DNA from: Nemertoderma westbladi
Taxonomy: Eukaryota; Animalia; Xenacoelomorpha
DNA length: 64,000 nucleotides
Reading direction: 5' to 3'
NCBI GenBank assembly: GCA_032718475.1
Contig: JAUCBJ010007698.1
Location: 1 to 64,000 of the forward strand
How positions within the stretch are numbered: the first letter of the stretch is position 1; every line of letters begins with the position of its first letter. Below are positions 9,790 to 22,255 of the stretch, in pieces. Under the pieces are notes generated by a model, which searched no databases, was not told the origin of the DNA, and was given only the letters and a program-made list of their open reading frames with translations. The position numbers and the translations under genes were made by a program.

Positions 9790-12700
9790 ATGGCAGAAGA
9801 TACCCTTCATAATAAGAAAATACCAGAAACTGGTAATTATTGTAAGGCGGACGATAAATTATTACCAGGTAAAAGTAAGCCAATGGATGAGGTGGTTATT
9901 ACTTTATTCACCATGCTCACATTGGGTGTCATACTCAGGGCGATATTAAAGAACTGCGCTATCCCATACACTGTTATACTTCTCATCTTGGGAGCCATTG
10001 TTGGGGTTATTGCCGATGCCACCGATGCCCTTGATTTTTACTTCAAACCTTTGGTTTGTATAAATCCCAACACAATTCTTTATATTTTTCTACCAATACT
10101 GATTTTCGAATCGGCATTCGCCCTCGATTTGCATATATTGCGACGAAGTTTCGGACAAGTGATGTTGATGGCGACTCTCGGGTTGGCCTTGGCCACAATA
10201 ATAACTGGAGTCTTCTGTCAGTTGGCTTTTCCGTATTGGAAAGATTGGCCAAAAGAAAATAAAAAGGGCCACGAGTCATGGTGTATCAGCCTAATGTTTG
10301 GATCGTTGCTTAGCGCCACAGACCCTGTGGCTGTTGTCGCCCTTCTCAAAGAACTCGGAGCCTCAAAGGTCTTGGGAACTGTAATAGAAGGGGAATCATT
10401 GTTGAACGATGGTGCCGCTATTGTATTTTTTGAGATATTTAAGGATATGGACGAAACACTAGAAGAAGAAAACCCGGCACTTCATATTTTTATATTTGCT
10501 GTTAAAATGATGATTGGAACTCCTATTTTCGGATATTTTATGGGACTATTAACTGTATTTGCTCTTAACAGTATTTGTGATGATGGAATTACAGAAATTT
10601 TGATAACTATTATATCTGCTTATTTGACGTATTACATAGGTGGCGAATTATTAACACTCTCAGGTGTAATCGCAACTGTGGTTCTGGGGGTTGTTGTAAA
10701 CGCAAACAAAACTTGTATCACACCATCGGTAGAAAGCTCTTTACATCATTTTTGGGAGATTGCTGTTTACATGGCAAATACACTTGTCTTCATTTTGGCT
10801 GGACTTATAATCGCAGTAAGAGGTCGTCCACATGAAGATGAGAAAGTCCAATATGCGATGGATTTGTTGTGGCTGATGGCCCTTTATGGCGTCGTCATTG
10901 TAGCGCGATTAATAGTTGTGGTTTCAATGTCTCCCATTTTGGTAAAATGTGGTTACGGCCTACTACTGAATGATGCCATAATTATATGGTGGGGAGGCCT
11001 AAGGGGCGCGGTTTCACTGGTACTCAGTCTGGAAGTTCAGCTAGATAAGCTGGATAACCCAGAGTACCAGTCCAAGATAGGGGCAAGAGTTCTGTTTCAT
11101 TGCGCTGGCATCGTCGCACTAACTCTTTGTGTGAACGCGACTACAGTTGGCCCAATAATGGGCTGCCGAGGAATGAATGTTGTCGAAAAACTCCGTTTGG
11201 AAACAATGCAGGTAGCTATTCAAAATATTCAGAAGAAGACGGCTGTTATTTTATATAGACTGAAGCGAAGGACTTTCACTGCCGATGCAAATTGGGAAAT
11301 TATAGAAAGATTTATCGAGGTTAAGGATCCATATGAAGGTTTGCATGTGGTGGCGGATGGCAGCAGTGACTCATTTGGGGGATACAGAGATACGGTAAAA
11401 CGTTTCCTCAAAATTCAGAAAACTACATACAAGCGCCAGTATAAAGAGGGTATTCTGGGAGCTACAGCCCTGTACAACTTGCAAGCTCTTTCCGATACTG
11501 CTATAGATGATGTACGCCTTGTTGATCCAGCTGATATTGCCACCTTCCTCGTCGTAGGTAAATGGTATCTCAAAATGCAAAAGTATCTAATAGGCGTTGT
11601 TTCGTCAACTACTAAACGAATATTGCCGCCCCCAAACAGCAAAGTGTTGTTGTATTTCTATAATATAGTAATTTCTTCATGGTTTGACCACGTTTCCCAA
11701 GGTCTTATATTTATGAACATAGTGCCTTGCATCTTGGAAATAATCATAGAACAATCATACGGAAGTGGATGCCAAAACGAAAAGTTGATAATTATTTCCT
11801 TACTACTAACCATTGTTAACTACACATTCTTCGCCTTATATTTTTTGGAAGTTGTTTTTCGGCTTATTGGTGAAAGGAAGTATTACTTCAATTCATATTG
11901 GAATTACTTAGACATGTTAGTTTTAACTATTTCCTTGATGGATGTGATTGGGGATATTGTCTCAGAATGTGAGGAGGATGTTGGATTGAAAAAAGTGAGC
12001 GCAGGTTTTCCTCTGGCACGGATGTTTCGGTTCCTTAAAACGGTTCGTATTATTAGGAGTGTTCGAGGATTGAAAACTGGTGTCATTCACCTTCATAAAG
12101 CCCTGTCCAATATAATGAACAATCAACTAAGTATTGGTTTTGATATGGCTCATACGCAATTGGAAGCTGAAAATAACAGCGCCGATAGGCTAAAAGACAT
12201 CACTGAAGACGAAGATACAATTAATATGATAAGGCAAAACGTTACCGAGAATAGGATCGAACTACAATGTTCACTGGATAGACTTGAGGTAGAATATCCA
12301 GGCATTGCTATTTCTTTGAAAACTCGTCAAGCTTCCCGTCTGCTGATCAATGAACAAGAGAAAGTAATAGAGACTTTGTGTAAAGATGGAGCATTAGCTC
12401 ACTATGAATATGGTATATTGCTCAAGGAGACAGTGCAAGCACGTTTATTCCAATATCAGAAGATACCTCCTAGTTTGGAACCACTCACGGCTACGTTCAT
12501 CATCGAATCAATACGCTGGTTGCGAGGCAACAAATATTTGTTAAAGCTCATTATCGAAAAAATAGTGAAGAAAAATTATAATATGAATGAATTAATAATG
12601 AGTAAATCTCTTCCCGCTAATGGAATATTTATTATAAATAGGGGATTCGTTGACGTTTCAATGAATGAACAAACCCAGAAATGGGGCCAGGTAAAGAGTG

Positions 12701-13260
12701 TTGGCAGCATCCTTGGAGAACTCGAATTTTTGAATTCTTTGACTGCAGATACAGCTGGCACACAGATATCAGATTATTCAATCATCCCATACAGCACTAA
12801 AGCAGTAGCGACCACTGATGCAGAGTTATATCATATAGATGGCGATATTCTGCTAAAGTGTATGCAAAAAGACAAGACCTTTCGTAGTAAGTTGTGGCTG
12901 AATTGCGCTATGCGAGAAGGGGGCAGAATTCTACTTGAAACCCAAGGTTATCAAGGATGGAGTGTGGCGACATCAAAAGAATACATGGCATCAATAGAAT
13001 CAGTGGCGCTGGAAGGATCGAGCTACAATGTGGAAGCCAACATCGGTCATCTGGTACTTATCCATGGAGTTGTAACGGTACAGAAAGCTCGGTATGAGGC
13101 ACCTTGTTTGATAACTCCAAAAATGGAAACAGTCATTAAATTTGGGACAAAAGACAAAAGCGTGATTAAACTGTTTAAAATTAAAAAACAACAAGAGTTC
13201 TTACAACCAACACAAGAGTATGGAAGAGCCTCGACCGACCTTAAATACGAACTTACTTGA
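9790..13260 (+). CDS. SLC9C1: SLC9C1-like (sperm-type) Na+/H+ exchanger with voltage-sensing and cyclic-nucleotide-binding domains, 1156 aa, single coding exon
   Basis: CPA1 motifs SATDPVAVVALLK, IEGESLLNDG and WGGLRGAV; S4 helix RMFRFLKTVRIIRSVRGLK; C-terminal CNBD-like GIFIINRGFV...ILGELEFL. Confidence 0.92.
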   Translation: MAEDTLHNKKIPETGNYCKADDKLLPGKSKPMDEVVITLFTMLTLGVILRAILKNCAIPYTVILLILGAIVGVIADATDALDFYFKPLVCINPNTILYIFLPILIFESAFALDLHILRRSFGQVMLMATLGLALATIITGVFCQLAFPYWKDWPKENKKGHESWCISLMFGSLLSATDPVAVVALLKELGASKVLGTVIEGESLLNDGAAIVFFEIFKDMDETLEEENPALHIFIFAVKMMIGTPIFGYFMGLLTVFALNSICDDGITEILITIISAYLTYYIGGELLTLSGVIATVVLGVVVNANKTCITPSVESSLHHFWEIAVYMANTLVFILAGLIIAVRGRPHEDEKVQYAMDLLWLMALYGVVIVARLIVVVSMSPILVKCGYGLLLNDAIIIWWGGLRGAVSLVLSLEVQLDKLDNPEYQSKIGARVLFHCAGIVALTLCVNATTVGPIMGCRGMNVVEKLRLETMQVAIQNIQKKTAVILYRLKRRTFTADANWEIIERFIEVKDPYEGLHVVADGSSDSFGGYRDTVKRFLKIQKTTYKRQYKEGILGATALYNLQALSDTAIDDVRLVDPADIATFLVVGKWYLKMQKYLIGVVSSTTKRILPPPNSKVLLYFYNIVISSWFDHVSQGLIFMNIVPCILEIIIEQSYGSGCQNEKLIIISLLLTIVNYTFFALYFLEVVFRLIGERKYYFNSYWNYLDMLVLTISLMDVIGDIVSECEEDVGLKKVSAGFPLARMFRFLKTVRIIRSVRGLKTGVIHLHKALSNIMNNQLSIGFDMAHTQLEAENNSADRLKDITEDEDTINMIRQNVTENRIELQCSLDRLEVEYPGIAISLKTRQASRLLINEQEKVIETLCKDGALAHYEYGILLKETVQARLFQYQKIPPSLEPLTATFIIESIRWLRGNKYLLKLIIEKIVKKNYNMNELIMSKSLPANGIFIINRGFVDVSMNEQTQKWGQVKSVGSILGELEFLNSLTADTAGTQISDYSIIPYSTKAVATTDAELYHIDGDILLKCMQKDKTFRSKLWLNCAMREGGRILLETQGYQGWSVATSKEYMASIESVALEGSSYNVEANIGHLVLIHGVVTVQKARYEAPCLITPKMETVIKFGTKDKSVIKLFKIKKQQEFLQPTQEYGRASTDLKYELT

Positions 13261-13373
13261 AAGAAAATTTGTAGTTATACTTTTGGATATACGAATATAT
13301 CAGAAATAATATTTATCGATTTACAACTATCATAAGTTCATAAAATAATATTATAATCACACTTATTTAATAC

Positions 13374-13379
13374 AATAAA
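13374..13379 (+). promoter_or_regulatory. candidate polyadenylation signal of the SLC9C1-like gene
   Basis: AATAAA about 114 nt after the stop codon; the AT-rich context lowers specificity. Confidence 0.4.
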
Positions 13380-13436
13380 TTCATATATAATATGCGTCTC
13401 AATTAGTTTTTAAACGTTGCAAGAATATTACTGAAT

Positions 13437-13520
13437 GTCGACTCCCGCTGTTGCCCGGATTCGAACTGCGGACCTCCCACAAACCATATGATAGCCCTTC
13501 CACTTAGCTACCCAACCTCA
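13437..13520 (-). mobile_element. tRNA-derived SINE head
   Basis: Minus strand tagctaagtgg (A box) and gttcgaatcc (B box); degenerate cloverleaf. Confidence 0.55.
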
Positions 13521-14005
13521 GCTGAAGAGTAAACCAGTTACACTAACTTGCACTGTGACTCACTTTATAATATTTGAATGTAGATTAACGATAACGCCAA
13601 ACTCTCCGACAACCTTGTCTAAAGTTATTCTACTTGGTAGTTTGACGCGAGCCATAAAGTAAAAAAAATAAGGCAACTGATTAATAATGTCTGCCTTATA
13701 AAGTAGTAAGGTGTAGTGTAGTGCTTACATATAGTAAAATAAAATTATTATATAAACATTGGAATTTAATGAATAAACATTGGAAATTAATGAATAATAT
13801 TAATAAACATTAAATTTTTAATATTAACTACAAACGCAATACAAAGTTAAACAAAACATTTATGCACCAATATCATTGTTGTTTTAATAATTAGTTATTT
13901 ACTTACAAATTCAGTCAGTTACCTGCCACACACGTAAACAAATATAATAACTCTCAATGCGGCCGCATTGTGATTGAAACACAGCCAATTTGACACCATC
14001 TATTT

Positions 14006-17000
14006 AACTGGTTGAGCTGGTACATCCCCTTGGGGCTACATCAGTAATAGTAACAGTCGAACAGCTGGTTGAGCTGGTACATCCCCTTAGGGCTACATCA
14101 GTAATAGTAACAGTCGAACAGCTGGTTGAGCTGGTACATCCCCTTAGGGCTACTTAAGTAATAGTAACAGTCGAACAGCTGGTTGAGCTGGTACATCCCC
14201 TTAGGGCTACATCAGTAATAGTAACAGTCGAACAGCTGGTTGAGCTGGTACATCCCCTTAGGGCTACTTAAGTAATAGTAACAGTCGAACAGCTGGTTGA
14301 GCTGGTACATCCCCTTAGGGCTACATCAGTAATAGTAACAGTCGAACAGCTGGTTGAGCTGGTACATCCCCTTAGGGCTACATCAGTAATAGTAACAGTC
14401 GAACAGCTGGTTGAGCTGGTACATCCCCTTAGGGCTACATCAGTAATAGTAACAGTCGAACAGCTGGTTGAGCTGGTACATCCCCTTAGGGCTACATCAG
14501 TAATAGTAACAGTCGAACAGCTGGTTGAGCTGGTACATCCCCTTAGGGCTACTTAAGTAATAGTAACAGTCGAACAGCTGGTTGAGCTGGTACATCCCCT
14601 TAGGGGTACATCAGTAATAGTAACAGTCGAACAGCAGGTTGAGCTGGTACATCCCCTTAGGGCTACATCAGTAATAGTAACAGTCGAACAGCTGGTTGAG
14701 CTGGTACATCCCCTTAGGGCTACATCAGTAATACAGTCGAACAGCTGGTTGAGCTGGTACATCCCCTTAGGGGTACATCAGTAATAGTAACAGTCGAACA
14801 GCTGGTTGAGCTGGTACATCCCCTTAGGGCTACATCAGTAATACAGTCGAACAGCTGGTTGAGCTGGTACATCCCCTTAGGGGTACATCAGTAATAGTAA
14901 CAGTCGAACAGCTGGTTGAGCTGGTACATCCCCTTAGGGCTACTTAAGTAATAGTAACAGTCGAACAGCTGGTTGAGCTGGTACATCCCCTTAGGGCTAC
15001 ATCAGTAATAGTAACAGTCGAACAGCTGGTTGAGCTGGTACATCCCCTTAGGGCTACTTAAGTAATAGTAACAGTCGAACAGCTGGTTGAGCTGGTACAT
15101 CCCCTTAGGGCTACATCAGTAATAGTAACAGTCGAACAGCTGGTTGAGCTGGTACATCCCCTTAGGGCTACATCAGTAATAGTAACAGTCGAACAGCTGG
15201 TTGAGCTGGTACATCCCCTTAGGGCTACATCAGTAATAGTAACAGTCGAACAGCTGGTTGAGCTGGTACATCCCCTTAGGGCTACATCAGTAATAGTAAC
15301 AGTCGAACAGCTGGTTGAGCTGGTACATCCCCTTGGGGCTACATCAGTAATACAGTCGAACAGCTGGTTGAGCTGGTACATCCCCTTAGGGGTACATCAG
15401 TAATAGTAACAGTCGAACAGCAGGTTGAGCTGGTACATCCCCTTAGGGCTACATCAGTAATAGTAACAGTCGAACAGCTGGTTGAGCTGGTACATCCCCT
15501 TAGGGCTACATCAGTAATACAGTCGAACAGCTGGTTGAGCTGGTACATCCCCTTAGGGGTACATCAGTAATAGTAACAGTCGAACAGCTGGTTGAGCTGG
15601 TACATCCCCTTAGGGCTACATCAGTAATACAGTCGAACAGCTGGTTGAGCTGGTACATCCCCTTAGGGGTACATCAGTAATAGTAACAGTCGAACAGCAG
15701 GTTGAGCTGGTACATCCCCTTAGGGGTACATCAGTAATAGTAACAGTCGAACAGCAGGTTGAGCTAGTACATCCCCTTAGGGCTACATCAGTAATAGTAA
15801 CAGTCGAACAGCTGGTTGAGCTGGTACATCCCCTTAGGGCTACATCAGTAATAGTAACAGTCGAACAGCTGGTTGAGCTGGTACATCCCCTTAGGGCTAC
15901 ATCAGTAATGCAGTCGAACAGCTGGTTGAGCTGGTACATCCCCTTAGGGGTACATCAGTAATAGTAACAGTCGAACAGCAGGTTGAGCTGGTACATCCCC
16001 TTAGGGCTACATCAGTAATAGTAACAGTCGAACAGCTGGTTGAGCTGGTACATCCCCTTAGGGCTACATCAGTAATAGTAACAGTCGAACAGCAGGTTGA
16101 GCTGGTACATCCCCTTAGGGCTACATCAGTAATAGTAACAGTCGAACAGCTGGTTGAGCTGGTACATCCCCTTAGGGCTACATCAGTAATAGTAACAGTC
16201 GAACAGCTGGTTGAGCTGGTACATCCCCTTAGGGCTACATCAGTAATACAGTCGAACAGCTGGTTGAGCTGGTACATCCCCTTAGGGGTACATCAGTAAT
16301 AGTAACAGTCGAACAGCAGGTTGAGCTGGTACATCCCCTTAGGGCTACATCAGTAATAGTAACAGTCGAACAGCTGGTTGAGCTGGTACATCCCCTTAGG
16401 GCTACATCAGTAATAGTAACAGTCGAACAGCTGGCTGAGCTGGTACATCCCCTTAGGGCTACATCAGTAATAGTAACAGTCGAACAGCAGGTTGAGCTGG
16501 TACATCCCCTTAGGGCTACATCAGTAATAGTAACAGTCGAACAGCTGGTTGAGCTGGTACATCCCCTTAGGGCTACATCAGTAATAGTAACAGTCGAACA
16601 GCTGGTTAAGCTAGTACATCCCCTTAGGGCTACATAAGTAATAGTAACAGTCGAACAGCTGGTTGAGCTGGTACATCCCCTTAGGGCTACATCAGTAATA
16701 GTAACAGTCGAACAGCTGGTTGAGCTGGTACATCCCCTTAGGGCTACATCAGTAATACAGTCGAACAGCTGGTTGAGCTGGTACATCCCCTTAGGGGTAC
16801 ATCAGTAATAGTAACAGTCGAACAGCAGGTTGAGCTGGTACATCCCCTTAGGGCTACATCAGTAATAGTAACAGTCGAACAGCTGGCTGAGCTGGTACAT
16901 CCCCTTAGGGCTACATCAGTAATAGTAACAGTCGAACAGCAGGTTGAGCTGGTACATCCCCTTAGGGCTACATCAGTAATAGTAACAGTCGAACAGCTGG

Positions 17001-17455
17001 TTGAGCTGGTACATCCCCTTAGGGCTACATCAGTAATAGTAACAGTCGAACAGCTGGTTGAGCTGGTACATCCCCTTAGGGCTACATCAGTAATAGTAAC
17101 AGTCGAACAGCTGGTTGAGCTGGTACATCCCCTTAGGGCTACATCAGTAATAGTAACAGTCGAACAGCTGGTTGAGCTGTTACATCCCCTTAGGGCTACA
17201 TCAGTAATAGTAACAGTCGAACAGCTGGTTGAGCTGGTACATCCCCTTAGGGCTACATCAGTAATAGTAACAGTCGAACAGCTGGTTGAGCTGGTACATC
17301 CCCTTAGGGCTACATCAGTAATAGTAACAGTCGAACAGCTGGTTGAGCTGTTACATCCCCTTAGGGCTACATCAGTAATAGTAACAGTCGAACAGCTGGT
17401 TGAGCTGTTACATCCCCTTAGGGCTACATCAGTAATAGTAACAGTCGAACAGCTG
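14006..17455. repeat. 57-bp minisatellite, about 60 copies, with 53-bp variants
   Basis: Unit cagtaatagtaacagtcgaacagctggttgagctggtacatccccttagggctacat. Confidence 0.98.
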
Positions 17456-18023
17456 TTATTATTCCGATGTAACGTGGCCATTCAAGGATTCCCATCTGAA
17501 TTCAATTAAAGATTATTTCAGATGTTTTGCCTTTTTTTTAAACTTTTTCACAACAGGAACCACCAAACTAATGTAGAAGAACAAAGAATACCACAAACTA
17601 TTTAATGTGTCCGCGGTCCGCTACAATATTCATCCATTATTCTGGAACTATTTTCATTGGCTGCAGCAAAAGTTTAAACCGAAAGTAACATATTCGACTC
17701 ACCCAGTTCAATAGGGACACCAAACTATCTATCATGCGTTCTCATATAGACACAGACTGACTATTCAGCGACATCAATTAGTTAAATAATAGAGGATCTT
17801 AAACGGGCTGGTATTTTGAAACAAAACAAATCAAGTAGGAAAAAAATGGAAAAATAATATCTCCATCACCTACGGGAATTAATAATCGAACAAACAGGAT
17901 CAATAATTATAATATTATTACTTTATATTATTAGTCAAAATCTTTGTAATAATTCCTGTGCCGCGCCTGCGCCGCCGGCGCGGTATCAATATTGAAATCT
18001 AAATGAAAGTAAATAATTGCAAT

Positions 18024-19723
18024 TCAACCCAATAAATCCGAAATGTCTGAGGAACTAAGGGAATTCGATTGGATTGGTGGGGTTGTGGCTGTGGAGGAGG
18101 GTGGTTGGTAGGGTGGAGCATTAGTGGCAGTTAATGGGGGATAACTGATCCCAGGGTTGGAGATGGGTCGCTGTTGGTTGGCGTGGAAACGAGGAGGGGC
18201 TACCTCCATACGGTTCAGCGGTACTTTGGCTCTCTGAGACGGCAGAGTCAGTAGGGAATCGAAGGATGAAAGGTTGGGGGCCGTTGGTGGAGGGGGTCTA
18301 CTGGTTGGGAAACCCGAGTGGAAGGAATGAGACTGCGGAAGTGGGGCTGTCCTGGTGGTAGTCTGGGGTGGTTGACCCCAGCCCGGGTAGGTTATCGGTT
18401 GCGGGCCCGTTGGAGTTTGACCTTGCGGTGGTTGACCCCAGCCCGGGTAGGTTATCGGTTGCGGGCCCGTTGGAGTTTGACCTTGCGGTGGTTGACCCCA
18501 GCCGGGGTAGGTTATCGGTTTGGGACCTTGAGACTGAGCCGAAACGGCTACATCGTCTTCCAAATTGTATCTCGGACCCGACGAAATGGTTCCTGAAAGA
18601 TTCGAGGTTAAGTGAGAGGCGGCGAGATTCATCTTGGCGTCCAACGTGGAGGTCAAGTCGCGAGTCAACGGTCGGGGTTTACAGTGGTTACCTTGGTTAC
18701 TAGTGACCTTGATTGGGTTCAACGGACCCCCCTGGGACCGCAACTTGTCGCTCATCTCCTGTTGCGTCTGCAGTTGCTTTTTCTCCTCCATGTTGAGGGA
18801 ACGCCGCGGTTGATCGTGAGCTCCGCGCCGTTCCGAGTCGTTCCGCGCCGCGAGGATGTCGTCGATAGACGGCGGGACGACGGTCTCCCCGACGACGGCG
18901 TTCCCGTTGGCCACACCGAGCGGTCCGTGTTCGACTTGCAGACTCGAGATCTGCTCGAGTTTACGTCGCTGTTCCTCCTCAACCTGCCCCACCATCTCTT
19001 TTATGAGCGAAATAAACCCGGAGAATTGGTTGAGATTCAGTTGCGACTCGATGGCCAGTGGCAACAGGTAGGGGATAACGCGCGTAGCGAGGACCTCCTT
19101 GGTGATACCGAGTTTGGGGCTGGAGAAGGCGAGTTTGTAGATGCCGAGGATGGCCATGAGAACCGCGGGTTCGCGAGTCTTTATCTCGGCGCACAACGGG
19201 AGGATTTGGTCCATAACGAGCCACTTATCCAACGATCCTAACAGCTTCCCGAGGCAAACTAACGCGTTAACTCGAACCGAAAGAACCGGGGTTTCGAGAC
19301 AGAGTCGTTTTAGTCTCGGTAACACCGCGTTCTTTAACGAGGGGTAATCAATTGACGCGCCCAGGGTCGGGATGATGTTTAGACACATCTCGATGACAGC
19401 GACATTGTCGGTCTCCAGTGTCCCGTAGACCATCGGGAGGACGTAGTTCTTGATGTCATCCTGGGGGAACTTCTCCAATAGGAGGTCGATGCGTTGTAGG
19501 AAGATGAGAGGAATGTGAATGGGTTCCCGGAGATTGAGAACCGGACGGAGGTCCGGAAGAACGTGATTCCGGACAGCGTCCGGGGTGACGAGCTCAACGA
19601 TGGATAGAACGCAAGGGAGAACGAAGGGGACCATATCCGGGGACTTGTACTCCTGGGAGAGACAAGGGAGCACGCGGTGGAGGTTGATTCGGGGAGGGAG
19701 TTTATCGAGGACCTTGGGGAGAC
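18024..19723 (-). CDS. SCYL2: SCY1-like pseudokinase 2 (CVAK104), exon 2: HEAT repeats, coiled coil and Pro-rich tail
   Basis: Acceptor ccccttctctctag|GT CTC CCC AAG joins exon 1 in frame to give QFYKGLPKVLDKLPPRINLHRVLPCL; later VRVNALVCLGK and LNLNQF motifs; spliced CDS 2763 nt, 920 aa. Confidence 0.92.
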
Positions 19724-20445
19724 CTAGAGAGAAGGGGACAATGGGAAGTTATTATAGTAAATCTAAATGTTTTGTGTGATTTTAGTTGGTAATATAATTG
19801 TTATCAATAAATATTCAGAATGAAATCATTAAAGATTTTCTGTAATTGACTTTTGCCCACAAGAACGGTTTAGTCAGTGCATCCATTCCATTTCTTCCAT
19901 ATAATTTGCTTTAATAATAAATTTACTTCTGAAAGAGAAGGAAATATACGCGATTCGAATTACTTTCAGTTCAACATTGAATCGCTGTGTTCCTGTGTTC
20001 AAGGCAAAGTTGATATAAGCCAACGGCAGAACACCTTTAATGTATAAGTTGATTTTTACAGTTCTGGGTTAATTTGGTTTACTGAGTTTTGCCAACGTAA
20101 AATAACATAGTACACTTGGTTTTACCAATAATATTTAGCCAATAATTCCAGAATGGATGGGTGAGGTGAAAACGTAAAGAGTATGGTCAGGTGAAAAAAA
20201 GTTTACATATATCGAATTACCCAGAACTTTATAAACCAAACATTTTATTTTATTTACAGGGTTGCAGTACGGGACAGTCTGTATTTCTGTTAGAAATTAT
20301 TACGTAAAGTGCATGCAAGTTGTTAAAAAATCTTCTACTTTTTTTCCCCAAGTGCTACGTAATATTAATATAAATTTTTTCTTTGATTTGTACTTTTTTG
20401 TTGCTCAATTATTTAATAAAAGATATAGCGATATAATGTTGCAAA

Positions 20446-20912
20446 ATAAATATTGAGTTCCGTTTTGGAGTTCCCCTTGCAGACACTAAGGTTGCAATAA
20501 ATATTGAGTTCCGTTTTGGAGTTCCCCTTGCAGACACTAAGGTTACAAAATAAATATTGAGTTCCGTTTTGGAGTTCCCCTTGCAGACACTAAGGTTACA
20601 AAATAAATATTGAGTTCCGTTTTGGAGTTCCCCTTGCAGACACTAAGGTTACAATAAATATTGAGTTCCCTTTTGGAGTTCCCCTTGCAGACACTAAGGT
20701 TACAATAACTATTGAGTTCCGTTTTGGAGTTCCCCTTGCAGACACTAAGGTTACAATAAATATTGAGTTCCGTTTTGGAGTTCCCCTTGCAGACACTAAG
20801 GTTACAATAAATATTGAGTTCCGTTTTGGAGTTCCCCTTGCAGACACTAAGGTTACAAAATAAATATTGAGTTCCGTTTTGGAGTTCCCCTTGCAGACAC
20901 TAAGGTTGCAAT
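20446..20912. repeat. 51/53-bp tandem repeat, about 9 copies, inside a dispersed repeat in the SCYL2 intron
   Basis: Unit aataaatattgagttccgttttggagttccccttgcagacactaaggttac. Confidence 0.95.
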
Positions 20913-21712
20913 AACTTTGTTCGAATGGATTTCTCTCAAATCACTTGCTACTTCGATGATCTTTGTAATAAAATTTAGACACAAAAATGTTTTATTTTTT
21001 TTTCGTCGGGGAAAAAGTACAGAACTCCATTTTCTCCCGATTTTGGGGTAAATTCGTGCGAATAGGAAACAATTTAATAATAAAATATATTTTGTTACAT
21101 TATTTCAACTTAACAGCGTTCAGGTGAATTACTCGTAACGCTGCAAAGTACTACTTTGTAGCGTTGCGGCTTATAGAACGGAACGCTACAAAGTAATCAA
21201 TAACATCAACAATTTCAATTACCGTATTCTAGAATGTATTATTTCCATTTATATTAATGCGTGCTGCTTTATTCAATATAGCAGCACGTGCCAGTTTGCA
21301 GTGACGGGACTAGCTAAGCTACTGTGTGTAAATTATTGTTAAACGTGTAAGACTGTATTCCATATGTCGAAATATCCTATGGAAGACATTTTAGAGAAAA
21401 CGAGCAAAGAAAATATGACTTCAGTGTTCAGTAAAACTGAACGGACACAGACGGTGACTCAGTTTGCTTCAGTCGACGATGGATCAAAGATTTATTACAT
21501 CCATGCAGGAGATAACAACAATAAACTTTAATTAGATATACTGAAAATGTATAGTACAAGTACCTGTTAATAATTTAATAATATTCGATATAGTACATGG
21601 TTAAAATGTTCAAATGAGTATCCATAAAATCCTTTCTTCACAAACCGAACGCTGATAAGTTGACAGAATGTAACAAAATTGCATACACCATTGCTTGCAA
21701 AGGTCACTTTTT

Positions 21713-22255
21713 AGTGATATTTCACCAGTTACACTGCAGTTATTCATGAACCTTATCGTGATTTGTTGGTAGAAATAGAAAGCTGACCATGCAAGGATTC
21801 CAAAAATGTAAAAATATTTGAATTTGGTTGTGAAATAGTGAATTTAAAGAATAAATAGCTGAGATATGAGCGTTCAAAAGTTTCATGGTTCATAGTATCA
21901 TGCGCGAGGCTGTTTTATTCTATTAAATAAAAACACCATATTCCAGAACATTTTGTTTCTGTATGAATAGCTACATAATAGTATGTTTAAAGAAGCATTG
22001 CATTGTTGCCCAGCTACGGATAAACAAAATGTTCCAGAATATGATGTATTCCCATGTATTTATTACATAGAATAAATGGCGTGTAAGGGAAGCAAATATA
22101 CATGCAACATTCGAATGCCCATATCTCGGCTATTTCTCTACCAAATTCACATGTTTTTAGATTTCTGGAATCCTTGCAAGGTCAGCTTTCTAATGGTACC
22201 AATAACTCGCGTTACGTTTCAAGAATAACTGGAGTGCAACTGGTGAAATATCACT
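21713..22255. mobile_element. palindromic MITE-like element (about 540 bp)
   Basis: agtgatatttcaccagtt... pairs with ...aactggtgaaatatcact; inverted similarity continues inward (agaaatagaaagctgacc vs ggtcagctttcta). TSD not resolved. Confidence 0.7.

Noticed and set aside
5544-17455. CRISPR-like arrays
   Set aside because: Repeats are head-to-tail without unique spacers; eukaryotic context, no cas genes.
14553-17481. Cys/Thr/Ser repeat ORFs resembling antifreeze or mucin proteins
   Set aside because: Repeatedly broken by 4-bp deletions and TAA variants; no signal peptide or splice context.
18318-19347. Plus-strand ORFs overlapping SCYL2 exon 2
   Set aside because: Antisense frames of a GC-rich coding exon with no recognisable motifs.
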